Shown: positions 54,131 through 63,776, counted from the stretch's first letter. The stretch: 64,000 nucleotides of DNA from Candidatus Saccharimonadales bacterium (GCA_038206875.1 JBBRAK010000003.1:24034-88033), one strand, 5' to 3'. Notes: generated by a model from the letters alone, not told the origin. Numbers and translations are program-made.

Positions 54131-56058
54131 TGGCATTTCGTAAACAAAAACCTCAGCTAAGTCCAGTTGCCCTTGCACAGCAACAGCAAATGCGCGAACA
54201 AATGGAAGTCCAAGCCGCTTTCCAAAAAGGCGTAACTGCTCTAAGGGATTTTATTGCCCCAAGTTCACTGGAGTACTCAGCAAGTCACTTTCAAATTGGC
54301 ACGAGAATAGCTAGGTCTTACTATATTTATGGTTTTCCTAGGCAAGTTTTTACGGGATGGCTGTCAAGCATGGTAAACCTCGACGAAGTGATTGATTTGT
54401 CAATGTTTATTTATCCCGTAGAAAGCCAAGTAGTGTTAGAAAATCTGCGCAAAAAAGTGTCTCAACTTGAAGCCGGACTTCAGATTGATTCAGAAAAAGG
54501 TCGAGTTCGTGACCCGGGCAAACAAGCAGCCGTAGCGGACGCTGAAGAAATGCGCGACAAATTACAAGTTGGCGAAGAACGATTTTTCCGTTTTGGAATA
54601 TATTTCACTCTTTATGGTTCTTCAATGGACGAGTTAGAGTTTGTTGCACACAAAGTTGAGTCAATTCTTGGCCAGCAACTAGTTTATTCAAAACCAGCGA
54701 CTTCTCAGCAAGAACAGGGTTTCAACAGTACAGTTCCTCAGTTTAGTGATCAATTGCAAATAAAACGCAACTTTAGCACCGGTGCCCTCAGTACAACTTT
54801 TCCTTTTACAAGTGCAGACCTAACTCAAGACAACGGTATTTTATATGGCATAAATATGCACAATTCTGGACTTGTTATATTTGACCGGTTTTCACTGGAA
54901 AATGGTAATTCTGTAGTTTTTGCCAAATCCGGTGCAGGTAAAAGCTTTACGGTTAAACTAGAAGCCCTAAGAAGCATGATGTACGGAACGGAAATATTTA
55001 TAATAGACCCCGAAAATGAATACGAACGTATGGCTGAGGCAGTTGGTGGCGCCTATGTTCGACTTAGCTTAAATTCGTCCGTTCGCATAAACCCCTTTGA
55101 GTTACCAAAAGTAGTTGATAGTGAAGAAGCTGATAATGCCTTGCGGAGTAATTTAATTACGCTTCACGGTTTACTACGTCTCATGATGGGTGGAGCACAA
55201 TCCCAAATGGCATCCAGTGCATCAGGAGGTCAACAGGTTATTGCCCCGGCACTTTCGCCTACTGAAGAAGCGGACTTAGACTCTGCCCTTATAGAAACAT
55301 ACGCCAAAGCCGGCATAACTAACGACCCACTTACCCACAATTCTCAACCACCTACTGTAAATGACCTATACGACACACTGCTCCATATGGGTGGCACTGG
55401 GCCACAATTGGCTCAACGATTGCGAAAATACACTACTGGTACATTTGCTGGAATTTTTAGTCAACAAAGCAACATAGATATAAATAATCCAATGGTAGTC
55501 TTCAACATTCGTGATTTAGAGGACGAATTACGCCCAGTTGCTATGTATATTGTCTTGAACTTCATCTGGAACAAAACCAAATCTGACCAGAAAAAACGCC
55601 TGCTTATAGTTGACGAGGCTTGGCAATTAATGAAATATGAAGATTCTGCTAATTTCCTGTTTAGCTTAGCCAAAAGGGCTCGAAAATATAATCTTGGCAT
55701 AACTACCATTACTCAAGATGTGGAAGATTTTATGGGTAGCCGAATGGGTAGGGCAATCGTCGCCAACGCCAGTTTACAAATACTCCTAAAGCAATCCTCG
55801 TCCGCGGTTGATGTATTATCAGACACCTTCAAACTCACAAGTGAAGAGAAAAAACGCTTAAGCCAATTCCCGGTTGGGCAAGGTCTGTTTTTTGCGGGAC
55901 AAAACCATGTGCACATACAAATAACTGCTAGCCCAACCGAAACTGGACTGATAACAACCAACCCCCAGCAAGTTCAACAACAGGCCCAACAACAAGGTGA
56001 CTTCAACCAACCCCAAGGCACTATAGATCTTCAAAACAGATTAACTCCGGGCGTATAA
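54130..56058 (+). CDS. virB4: type IV secretion ATPase VirB4 (TrsE/PrgJ-like)
   Basis: Walker A is VVFAKSGAGKSFTV and Walker B is RLLIVDEAWQL. The N-terminal region IAPSSLEYSASHFQIGTRIARSYYIYGFPRQV and the TTITQDVEDF motif are typical of VirB4. Confidence 0.85.
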   Translation: MAFRKQKPQLSPVALAQQQQMREQMEVQAAFQKGVTALRDFIAPSSLEYSASHFQIGTRIARSYYIYGFPRQVFTGWLSSMVNLDEVIDLSMFIYPVESQVVLENLRKKVSQLEAGLQIDSEKGRVRDPGKQAAVADAEEMRDKLQVGEERFFRFGIYFTLYGSSMDELEFVAHKVESILGQQLVYSKPATSQQEQGFNSTVPQFSDQLQIKRNFSTGALSTTFPFTSADLTQDNGILYGINMHNSGLVIFDRFSLENGNSVVFAKSGAGKSFTVKLEALRSMMYGTEIFIIDPENEYERMAEAVGGAYVRLSLNSSVRINPFELPKVVDSEEADNALRSNLITLHGLLRLMMGGAQSQMASSASGGQQVIAPALSPTEEADLDSALIETYAKAGITNDPLTHNSQPPTVNDLYDTLLHMGGTGPQLAQRLRKYTTGTFAGIFSQQSNIDINNPMVVFNIRDLEDELRPVAMYIVLNFIWNKTKSDQKKRLLIVDEAWQLMKYEDSANFLFSLAKRARKYNLGITTITQDVEDFMGSRMGRAIVANASLQILLKQSSSAVDVLSDTFKLTSEEKKRLSQFPVGQGLFFAGQNHVHIQITASPTETGLITTNPQQVQQQAQQQGDFNQPQGTIDLQNRLTPGV

Positions 56059-56077
56059 TACAAACCAATGAGAGTTA

Positions 56078-59000
56078 TTGATGAGCGATAGCGAAATTGA
56101 ACAAAAAGAACAAGAAGCTACGCTAGAAGATTTAGCGTCTGACTTTAGCCCAGAAGAACAAGAACAATTTAGCAGACTTGGCGACAACGACTCCGAGCCT
56201 GAAAGTGATCAAGTAGGCAAAGGCTTTACTGGTAAAGGAAAACCAAAGGGAAAATTTTGGTCCCGACGCAAAAAAACCAGTGGCGGTATAATAGGCTTAA
56301 TACTTGGACTGCTTATTGGTGGGTCAACAATATTTGGACCCGGGCTTACAGTTAACCATCTTCGTTCGTTGCTTATAGAAAAAGTTGGCCAACTTCAGAT
56401 TGACCACACCCGCAAATACCGACGCAAAAAACTCAGCAAAGTAACTGACTTGTTTACCAAAGATGGTCGAAGGGGTGGAAAAATTATTGCCGAAATGGAA
56501 ACAAGGGGCTACCGATTCAAGTTTGATCCTAGCGACAATAAAAAAATTGTAGGATTAACGCTACCTGACGGACGCACCAGTTTATTCAACGCAGATAACG
56601 GTGCCCTTGCCGATCATATTGATAAATACATGGAGGTACATCATCCCTTGAGGACCTCTAGATGGAAAACCAAAAGAATGGAGGCCTTTTATACGCGCTA
56701 CAAAGTTTCGCGTAAAGCGGTAACTACCAGAACTTTAGCCAAAATTGAAGATCCGGAAGTTGAAACCAACAAAAGAATGGTTGAACAAATAGATGATACG
56801 GGTACGGATACCACGGTCCGCAACGCGCCTCCGGATAAAAACGAAACTGATGCAGAAAAAACAGCTAGGGAACAAAGAGTAGCCGATGATGCGTTTGTGG
56901 CAAAAAACGACGGTTCGCTAAAAGACATAAAAGCCAAACTTAAAGAAGGCGTGCCAATCAAAGATCTGTCAGATGAAGAACAAAAAATCCTAAAAGTAGC
57001 AAGTAGAGTGGATAACGAAGTGATGGATCTTTTAAATAATATTGGTAGTGGCTCGTTGGCAGGTAAAGCATTTGGGACATTCAAAGGAATAGCTTCGAGC
57101 ACTGACGTATTAGACAAAATTTGCACAGCCAAAAACAGATTGAGGGCTATATCTTTTGCTGCAAGGAATTATCGAGCCCTAAGCCTAATTCGCTATGCCT
57201 CAGTTTTTATAAAAGCAGGTGACGATGTCAGGCGTGGCACAGTAGATCCAAAGCTAATGAATGAACTCATGAAGCGCGTGACAGAAAATGACTCCAACGG
57301 CAATTCTATTGGCGGTTCGCCAGGCTTTGCCTACATCCTAAAAAACAAGTTTAGTCGATCTAAAAATGATGTTTCAAAAAGTAATGTCAACGTAAATGGC
57401 ACACAGACCGGCGTAGTCGCAGCACTTCAAGGCGCTACAGACCAAATACCTGCGGTTAGCAAGAACCAATGTGGGGTTTATCAGAATCCTGGGTTTCAAA
57501 TTGGCGTTGCCGCAGTTGAAGTTGGTGTTGCGATATTTACTGGAGGAACTAGCGAGGGTGTCGAACAAGGATCTAAGGAGGCGGTTGTCCTAGCCTTGAA
57601 AGAAGCTTTGAAAAGCATCATAACAAAAGAAACCGCAAAAGGTCTGGCAAAGCAGATTGCAATCGACTTAACATTTGAGGGGGCACTTACCTTGCTACAG
57701 TTTTACGCCGAAAAAGCGACTACCCTGAACTTCACTGGACAGGAAAAAGGAGGCGAACTGGGTGATATATTGACAGCCGGTGCAGGTACAATGAACAAAC
57801 AACGCGGGTTGCAGTCGGGTATGGTGCCAGCAACAGATGAGCAGTACGCCGCAGCAAATACTCAGTTTATTGCAGAAAAAAAAGCAGACCAAAAAACCCA
57901 AAGTTTTTATACTAGGGTTTTTGACTACAACAACCTGGATTCGGTAGCATATCAAACAGCCTCAAAAATAGCCACAATGCCTTATGGTGTAGAAGGTGCT
58001 GGAACATTGGTTACCAATAGTGTAAATATGGCCGTTTCGATACTTAGTAAACCGTTTGCAATTTTTGGTAGTTTGGGAGGTGTGCTGTCAGGTAATGTAT
58101 CTGCACTTAACTCCGATGAAATTCCGTTTGAAACATACAACGCAAAAGGAAAGTCACTTGCTACAGACCCCGCCGGCAATCTGCTACCAGTAATGAGAGA
58201 CGATATTTTAAACGTGGACCCCGAAGAAAATGTGAAATTTTTAATAAACTCTGGTGATATAGATCCAACAACTTATCAGCCCGTAAGTGGTGGAAGATTT
58301 GAAGAGCATGTTAAAAATTGCGTGGAGGGCGTAGACACAATAAGCGTTATTGAAAACGAGGATCAGACGGATCCTCAATATGACTGCCTTGCAACTCAAG
58401 CTATAACCGTAAGGTTTAAGGCTCATTTAGCGTGGTTGGATATGCAAGATGGACTGGACGCTTATTTGTTCCCGGAAGAAATCGCCACTGATCCTTCAAC
58501 CACTAGTACCACAACAACTACCGCAGAAGCCCCTCCGCTAAGCTGTACTGTCCCTAAGAGCTTCCCTGCCACCGCCCAAGGCGGAGGCATGACCTATGTG
58601 AATTGGAACTTTAATACACCTTCCATAAATAGCCTGAAGCATGAGATTGATATCAAAAACGATCCTGGCGCAAATAGTAATGAATACCTGCAACTATATG
58701 ATGCCAATATAGACAATACTGGACAATACTACGGACTACAGACAACAGGTATGGCAATTTTTAGTCGTTTTGGTACCGTAGACAAGTCAAATGTAGTAGC
58801 AGGACCAGGGTCAACAATTACATCGGGCACAAACGAGGGCCCCTTTATAAGTCTAAGACACCAATTTGGGTCATCGCTACCAGTCGGGCATTATTCAACG
58901 CGTATGGTTAGGGCTCGGTTTGATGGTAGGGGAGACTGGTTTGATTATTTCGTGACTTTACCTGGTAAAAACGAATCCTACATTGGGAGTATCCGTTTTC

Positions 59001-59278
59001 CGCGTGCCAATCCAAACACGCCAGCCTCATACAAAGACGGTGGTGGCACTTGGACTGAGTTTTGGGACAACAACGCTACTGGACCCCTCAAAAAAGTGCC
59101 CCTGTGGCACACGGTCGTTGGCGCCTCTGCCAATGGTAGTGTCGGCCCTGCAAGTGCGATTTCCAAATATTCTGCGATGCCCAACTCTGATGTATATGCC
59201 CTAGCCAAGAGCGGCCCGGTTGATCAAATATTCGGAGGCCTTACCCCACGGTGTCATCCTGCAGGAGCTTTATGGTGA
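56078..59278 (+). CDS. large membrane-anchored T4SS-associated protein, unknown function
   Basis: 1066 aa. It has an acidic N-terminus, one TM helix (GGIIGLILGLLIGGSTIF), a long extracytoplasmic region, a Thr-rich linker (STTTTTAEAPP) and a roughly 270-aa C-terminal globular domain. Confidence 0.55.
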   Translation: MMSDSEIEQKEQEATLEDLASDFSPEEQEQFSRLGDNDSEPESDQVGKGFTGKGKPKGKFWSRRKKTSGGIIGLILGLLIGGSTIFGPGLTVNHLRSLLIEKVGQLQIDHTRKYRRKKLSKVTDLFTKDGRRGGKIIAEMETRGYRFKFDPSDNKKIVGLTLPDGRTSLFNADNGALADHIDKYMEVHHPLRTSRWKTKRMEAFYTRYKVSRKAVTTRTLAKIEDPEVETNKRMVEQIDDTGTDTTVRNAPPDKNETDAEKTAREQRVADDAFVAKNDGSLKDIKAKLKEGVPIKDLSDEEQKILKVASRVDNEVMDLLNNIGSGSLAGKAFGTFKGIASSTDVLDKICTAKNRLRAISFAARNYRALSLIRYASVFIKAGDDVRRGTVDPKLMNELMKRVTENDSNGNSIGGSPGFAYILKNKFSRSKNDVSKSNVNVNGTQTGVVAALQGATDQIPAVSKNQCGVYQNPGFQIGVAAVEVGVAIFTGGTSEGVEQGSKEAVVLALKEALKSIITKETAKGLAKQIAIDLTFEGALTLLQFYAEKATTLNFTGQEKGGELGDILTAGAGTMNKQRGLQSGMVPATDEQYAAANTQFIAEKKADQKTQSFYTRVFDYNNLDSVAYQTASKIATMPYGVEGAGTLVTNSVNMAVSILSKPFAIFGSLGGVLSGNVSALNSDEIPFETYNAKGKSLATDPAGNLLPVMRDDILNVDPEENVKFLINSGDIDPTTYQPVSGGRFEEHVKNCVEGVDTISVIENEDQTDPQYDCLATQAITVRFKAHLAWLDMQDGLDAYLFPEEIATDPSTTSTTTTTAEAPPLSCTVPKSFPATAQGGGMTYVNWNFNTPSINSLKHEIDIKNDPGANSNEYLQLYDANIDNTGQYYGLQTTGMAIFSRFGTVDKSNVVAGPGSTITSGTNEGPFISLRHQFGSSLPVGHYSTRMVRARFDGRGDWFDYFVTLPGKNESYIGSIRFPRANPNTPASYKDGGGTWTEFWDNNATGPLKKVPLWHTVVGASANGSVGPASAISKYSAMPNSDVYALAKSGPVDQIFGGLTPRCHPAGALW

Positions 59279-59358
59279 AACGTAGTTTATGTACGTTATT
59301 ACTTAGCACTCTGAGATTCTTACGCAACCTTTCTGGAAGGTGCCTTTTATTTTTAACA

Positions 59359-61146
59359 ATGAGTACCAAGCGAAATATGAAGAACTTTTATATACGTTTT
59401 ATGGCAATACTTATAAACTGTTTATTAATTTTTCCCATGGTTACTACCACACTCGTTCGAGCCGCTCCGTTGCCAGCAGACGAATGCACTGAAGCAAAGC
59501 TTAGAGACTTGGGTGTTGCTATTGTGGCCTGCAAGGAACCTTCTGCATGCGAAACTTCTGCCTCCACCGGCACTGGAAAAGTTTTTGTTTTGGGAGACTC
59601 TTTGACAGTTGGGATGCGTGATAGTGGTGTGCTTGAAAGCAAACTTACTGTCGCTGGCAACACCGTCACGCAGATAGACGGCACCGTCGGGACTAGCATC
59701 CCCAGCTCCATCCCAAAAATCGATGCCGACGCAGCCAACGTAACTAGTGCAACAAAAATAGTAATAGAACTCGGAACAAATGATGGTAGTGGCATTACCG
59801 CAGATTCCATAAACCAAAGAATAAATGACATGGTTTCGAAGGTGAAGTCGGTAAACCCAACCGCCCAAATTTACTGGGTCAATATTCATAGCACCAAATC
59901 AAACTACTCGGTTTCTAATACTGCTATTGCCACGCAATCCACAACACTCGGTTACCGAGTGATTGATTGGGACAAATACGCAACTTCCAACTTACAACCT
60001 GGAGATTTTGATAGCTCCTTAGGCGTACACCCAAATGGTGATGGATACTCAAAAATGAGCGATTTAGTAGTTCAATCAATTAGCACAGCATCTACTTCGG
60101 GCGTTAGTGGAGCGAGCTGTTGCCCAAACACAAATTTGAATGGGGGCGACAATCCTGCCAAGATTTTTAACTACCTTGTTTCAAAAGGCCTAACGCCACC
60201 ACAGGCTGCAGGTATCATGGGCAATTTACAAGCTGAGTCGCATTTTGATCCAACCATTGAACAGGCACCGGGGGCATGGAGTGATATGAGTGGCGCATAT
60301 CATAAGGCAGTTGGTATTGCCCAGTGGGATGGCGGCAGACGTGTTACCATCGTAAAGGCCGCCGAAGCCCAAAAAAAAGACCCTAAAGACCTTGGCTTTC
60401 AGCTTGATTACTTGTTCCAAGAGGCTACTGCCAGAGGAGACTGGGAAAGACTAAAACAAACGGCCACTGCTGCTGACGCTGCACTTTCTTGGCATAAATA
60501 TTTTGAGGTCTCGGATGATGGCCCAGACAAAATACAGGGCAGGATTAACAATGCAAACAACCTACTCGTGCAGTATGGGTCTGGAACACCAACCGATACG
60601 TCATCAACCACGACAACAACAGGTTGTGGAGCCAGTGGCCCATTTAGTTATGGCAAGTACGCTTCACTTTCTAGGCAACAGCTTATAGATCTAATTTATG
60701 GCGCTCCAAACTGGAAACCTCAAAACAATAGATCAGTAATTGATATAAATTCAGGCGTAGCAACCGACAATCTATTACGACTTCTCGCCGCTTTGATAGA
60801 AAACGTATCTGGTGAACTTATAACACCTTCAGTAATCCAAACGGGACACAGTTGCAGAACCCACGTAACTGGAAACATCTCAAACCACATGGGTGGACTT
60901 GCCGTTGATCTTGGTGGCAACGGACACTCCAGAGAATCAATGGTTGCATTGTTCAACTTCCTATTTACAAATCGCGAAGCTCTGGGAATAAATGAGCTTA
61001 TTTACGATCCAGTACCAAGCGGAACAAGCACCCTGAAACACGGAAAGCCACTCGGGTATGATAGCGTCACTCTTGGTGACCACAGAGACCATATCCATGT
61101 ATCAGTTGAAGGGCCAAGACCAACAACGTGCCCAGCAGGAACATAA
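59359..61146 (+). CDS. three-domain secreted cell-wall hydrolase (SGNH esterase + lysozyme-like + LAS/M15-type metallopeptidase-like)
   Basis: The signal peptide is FMAILINCLLIFPMVTTTLVRA. SGNH blocks are present (VFVLGDSLT, ELGTNDG, LGVHPNGDGY). A phage-tail-lysozyme-like motif follows (PPQAAGIMGNLQAESHFDP...GIAQWDGGR). The C-terminal part has SNHMGGLAVDL...DHRDHIHVS. I start it at ATG 59359; the ORF-track start at 59251 overlaps the upstream gene. Confidence 0.7.
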   Translation: MSTKRNMKNFYIRFMAILINCLLIFPMVTTTLVRAAPLPADECTEAKLRDLGVAIVACKEPSACETSASTGTGKVFVLGDSLTVGMRDSGVLESKLTVAGNTVTQIDGTVGTSIPSSIPKIDADAANVTSATKIVIELGTNDGSGITADSINQRINDMVSKVKSVNPTAQIYWVNIHSTKSNYSVSNTAIATQSTTLGYRVIDWDKYATSNLQPGDFDSSLGVHPNGDGYSKMSDLVVQSISTASTSGVSGASCCPNTNLNGGDNPAKIFNYLVSKGLTPPQAAGIMGNLQAESHFDPTIEQAPGAWSDMSGAYHKAVGIAQWDGGRRVTIVKAAEAQKKDPKDLGFQLDYLFQEATARGDWERLKQTATAADAALSWHKYFEVSDDGPDKIQGRINNANNLLVQYGSGTPTDTSSTTTTTGCGASGPFSYGKYASLSRQQLIDLIYGAPNWKPQNNRSVIDINSGVATDNLLRLLAALIENVSGELITPSVIQTGHSCRTHVTGNISNHMGGLAVDLGGNGHSRESMVALFNFLFTNREALGINELIYDPVPSGTSTLKHGKPLGYDSVTLGDHRDHIHVSVEGPRPTTCPAGT

Positions 61147-61183
61147 TAACTATGTGTTTAAATAACTTTATAGGAGTAAAGAG

Positions 61184-62692
61184 ATGAAAAAGAAAATTAT
61201 ATTCGTTGCACTAATATTTTTACTCCTTGTTGGGCTATATTGGTTTTTCACACACTCATATATTGAGATAACACCAGGTGCAAACGACACAACCAACACT
61301 AGCTACACAATTACAGAGGTGGGTTCGCAAAAACAAACATATTTTACAAGCAACAAGCCAATAAAAAAACTTGTCAAAAAAGGACAATATGAAGTTTTGG
61401 CACAAAATGGCGAAACTAGCTACTTTGCGTCTGCAGGGACGAAAGGATTTCTAAGCAAAAGCACTGTATTCGTGAAACTTGAGCAAGAAAAAAGCAGAAA
61501 ATTCGTAGGGGACAATCCTGGTGCTTGTATGTTTAACATCGGCCAATCTTTGGCGTCTGTTGATTGTGGAGATTTATTTAGCCAACTAAAACTACATGTT
61601 CCAGCTACTTCTAAACAACCGACATATACACGTACAAGTACGGAATTGATCGATGGAATAATTGAAGGTAGCGCCACCACAAACCAGGGTACGATTTTGT
61701 TACTTCGGTCTAGTGCAGGCACAAACCATACTGCATATTTGCTAAGCTCCGATCTTAAGCTTGGCAACAAGGTACTTTTATCTGAGCTGGATAGCGAAAA
61801 TGCCTATTACATACAACCCTATAAAGATGGGTTTGTGATTTATGATGGAGGTTATAGTAAGATTCTTTATTATTCATCTTTGGGGTCGAAATCAGAAGCA
61901 ATAACAATAAAAGCTCCGGACGACAAAAAACTGACACCTGGTGCTTTATATGCACAAGGAAATACGATAATTACATCTTATTCAAACGACCTTAGTAACG
62001 ACGTACATGAAAGTGGAAACGATAAAGATCCGAAAAAACCAAAATCGTCAAAAAAAGTTACCACAGTTTTGTCGATAAATACAGATAACGCTACCAAGCA
62101 GTACAAATTTAGCAAACCTATTTTTTCTGCCCGACTTTGTGGCACGAGCAAGCTTTGCATACTTAGCAACGAAAAACTCGAGGTTTATGACATTACTGGC
62201 TCAAAACCACGATTTGTATTTTCTGTTGGCGGTGTAAATCGTATCGACATTGTCAAAAACACTCTGCTGGCGGTCAAAAACAATGCGGTAATTGGCTTGG
62301 ACGTCGACAAGCAGTCCGGGTCAATACAATACAGCTTTGGCGAATATCAATACTGTGGATATGCAAACAATATTACCTACTACACGGTATGTATTACAAC
62401 TGACAATCAAAAAAGTTCGGCTTTATTTATTGACCCCTCGACATCAAATAACGGAAGCATCGATAAAAAGATATTGCCGCTTCTGGATTTGCCAGATGTT
62501 AAGTCTTTGTCTGTCTATGATAAATATATATTTGTATCACCAGACCTTGGCGAGGTAGTTTTTAATGAAGCCTCGGGTTCATTTGGTTATGATGCAGCCA
62601 CTAAGACATATGTAAATAAAAAAATTAACCAAGCATTTGACAACTCCGGAATTGATAAAAACGCATATCAGCTTATTAATCCTTTCAAATAA
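61184..62692 (+). CDS. hypothetical exported/membrane-anchored protein, last gene of the T4SS-like operon
   Basis: An AGGAG SD is present. The N-terminal anchor is IIFVALIFLLLVGLYWF. The rest is a beta-rich sequence with no recognised motif. Confidence 0.5.
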   Translation: MKKKIIFVALIFLLLVGLYWFFTHSYIEITPGANDTTNTSYTITEVGSQKQTYFTSNKPIKKLVKKGQYEVLAQNGETSYFASAGTKGFLSKSTVFVKLEQEKSRKFVGDNPGACMFNIGQSLASVDCGDLFSQLKLHVPATSKQPTYTRTSTELIDGIIEGSATTNQGTILLLRSSAGTNHTAYLLSSDLKLGNKVLLSELDSENAYYIQPYKDGFVIYDGGYSKILYYSSLGSKSEAITIKAPDDKKLTPGALYAQGNTIITSYSNDLSNDVHESGNDKDPKKPKSSKKVTTVLSINTDNATKQYKFSKPIFSARLCGTSKLCILSNEKLEVYDITGSKPRFVFSVGGVNRIDIVKNTLLAVKNNAVIGLDVDKQSGSIQYSFGEYQYCGYANNITYYTVCITTDNQKSSALFIDPSTSNNGSIDKKILPLLDLPDVKSLSVYDKYIFVSPDLGEVVFNEASGSFGYDAATKTYVNKKINQAFDNSGIDKNAYQLINPFK

Positions 62693-62700
62693 CAGTTCTA

Positions 62701-63759
62701 CTAAATTGTAGTATTGGTTGGAATAATTGTGCAATTATCTAGAAAATGCTGAACAACAATATCGGCGTCTGTTGTGGTTATGAAAGTCTGATGATTTTGT
62801 AAATATTTTATTAGCGTCATTCTACGTGCTCCATCAAGTTCACTAAATACATCGTCAAGCAATAATATTGGCTTTACTCCTCTGGCCTTTTCAACGCTTT
62901 GTATTTCCAATAGCTTCAGTGCCAAAATCATTGTTCGAGTCTCACCACGAGATGCAATAACCGACATCGGGTAACCGTTAATTGTTATTTGTAGGTCGTC
63001 GCGGTGAGGTCCGACAGAAGTAAATCCTCTCTCGCGGTCAATTTTTGTTCTGTTTTCTAAATCCTTTAGCATACTGCTTGCATATGAATCTATATTGGAC
63101 TTGGTTTGATAGCTAATGCTTGTTTTTTGTTTTTTGCCTGCAAGTTTGTTGTAAAGCTTTGTTAGTTCTGTTCTATGCTCATCAATATAATTTGTACGTT
63201 TTTGAGCAAGCACACCACCCAACTCGCTTAACCTAAGATTCCAGACAAATAGTTGATCGGGCAAGAAGTCTTGTTTGAGCAAACGATTTCTTTGGGCAAG
63301 TGCTCTTTTGTATTGTCTCCTCGTATCTCCGTACTCTGGGTTAATTTGCTCTACTATATCATCTAAAAAAATCCTACGGAGCTCTGGAGATTCTGTCAGA
63401 AGTTGCAAATGATTGGGTTCAAAAATTACCACAGGAACACTGCGCAGGACCGGCAAGCGTGTTAGGGTGGTTCCTCCTATAGTGAACTGTTTTTGTGTTG
63501 TTGTGTCATTTTTAACAAACTTTACACTTCTTTTTAACCCTTCTGACACACCGTCTATGCGCGCCCAGTCTTTGTTGTGTTGGATTAACTCTGTGTCACT
63601 GGCTCGGTATGAACTACCTCTGCACAGTACTAATATTGCTTCAAGTAAGTTGGTTTTACCGGAAGCGTTTGCACCAACGATAATATTTACGGCTTTCCCG
63701 AATTCAATTGTAGAGTCGGCGTAAGAACGAAAATTCTGCAGTCGAACGTTTTCAATCAT
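62701..63759 (-). CDS. recF: DNA replication and repair protein RecF
   Basis: The N-terminus is IENVRLQNFRSYADSTIEF with Walker A GANASGKTNLLEAI. The ABC-signature-like SRGETRTMILALKL and Walker B ILLLDDVFSELD are present. Confidence 0.92.
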   Translation of the reverse strand: MIENVRLQNFRSYADSTIEFGKAVNIIVGANASGKTNLLEAILVLCRGSSYRASDTELIQHNKDWARIDGVSEGLKRSVKFVKNDTTTQKQFTIGGTTLTRLPVLRSVPVVIFEPNHLQLLTESPELRRIFLDDIVEQINPEYGDTRRQYKRALAQRNRLLKQDFLPDQLFVWNLRLSELGGVLAQKRTNYIDEHRTELTKLYNKLAGKKQKTSISYQTKSNIDSYASSMLKDLENRTKIDRERGFTSVGPHRDDLQITINGYPMSVIASRGETRTMILALKLLEIQSVEKARGVKPILLLDDVFSELDGARRMTLIKYLQNHQTFITTTDADIVVQHFLDNCTIIPTNTTI

Positions 63760-63776
63760 AAGCCTATTGTATATGC

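Noticed and set aside
44520-62692. Integrative conjugative element or plasmid-derived island
   Set aside because: No integrase, transposase, relaxase, VirD4 or flanking direct repeats were seen. The tRNA cluster is about 1.6 kb away and is separated from the locus by the core genes comFC and hsp20, so a mobile-element call is not supported within this window.
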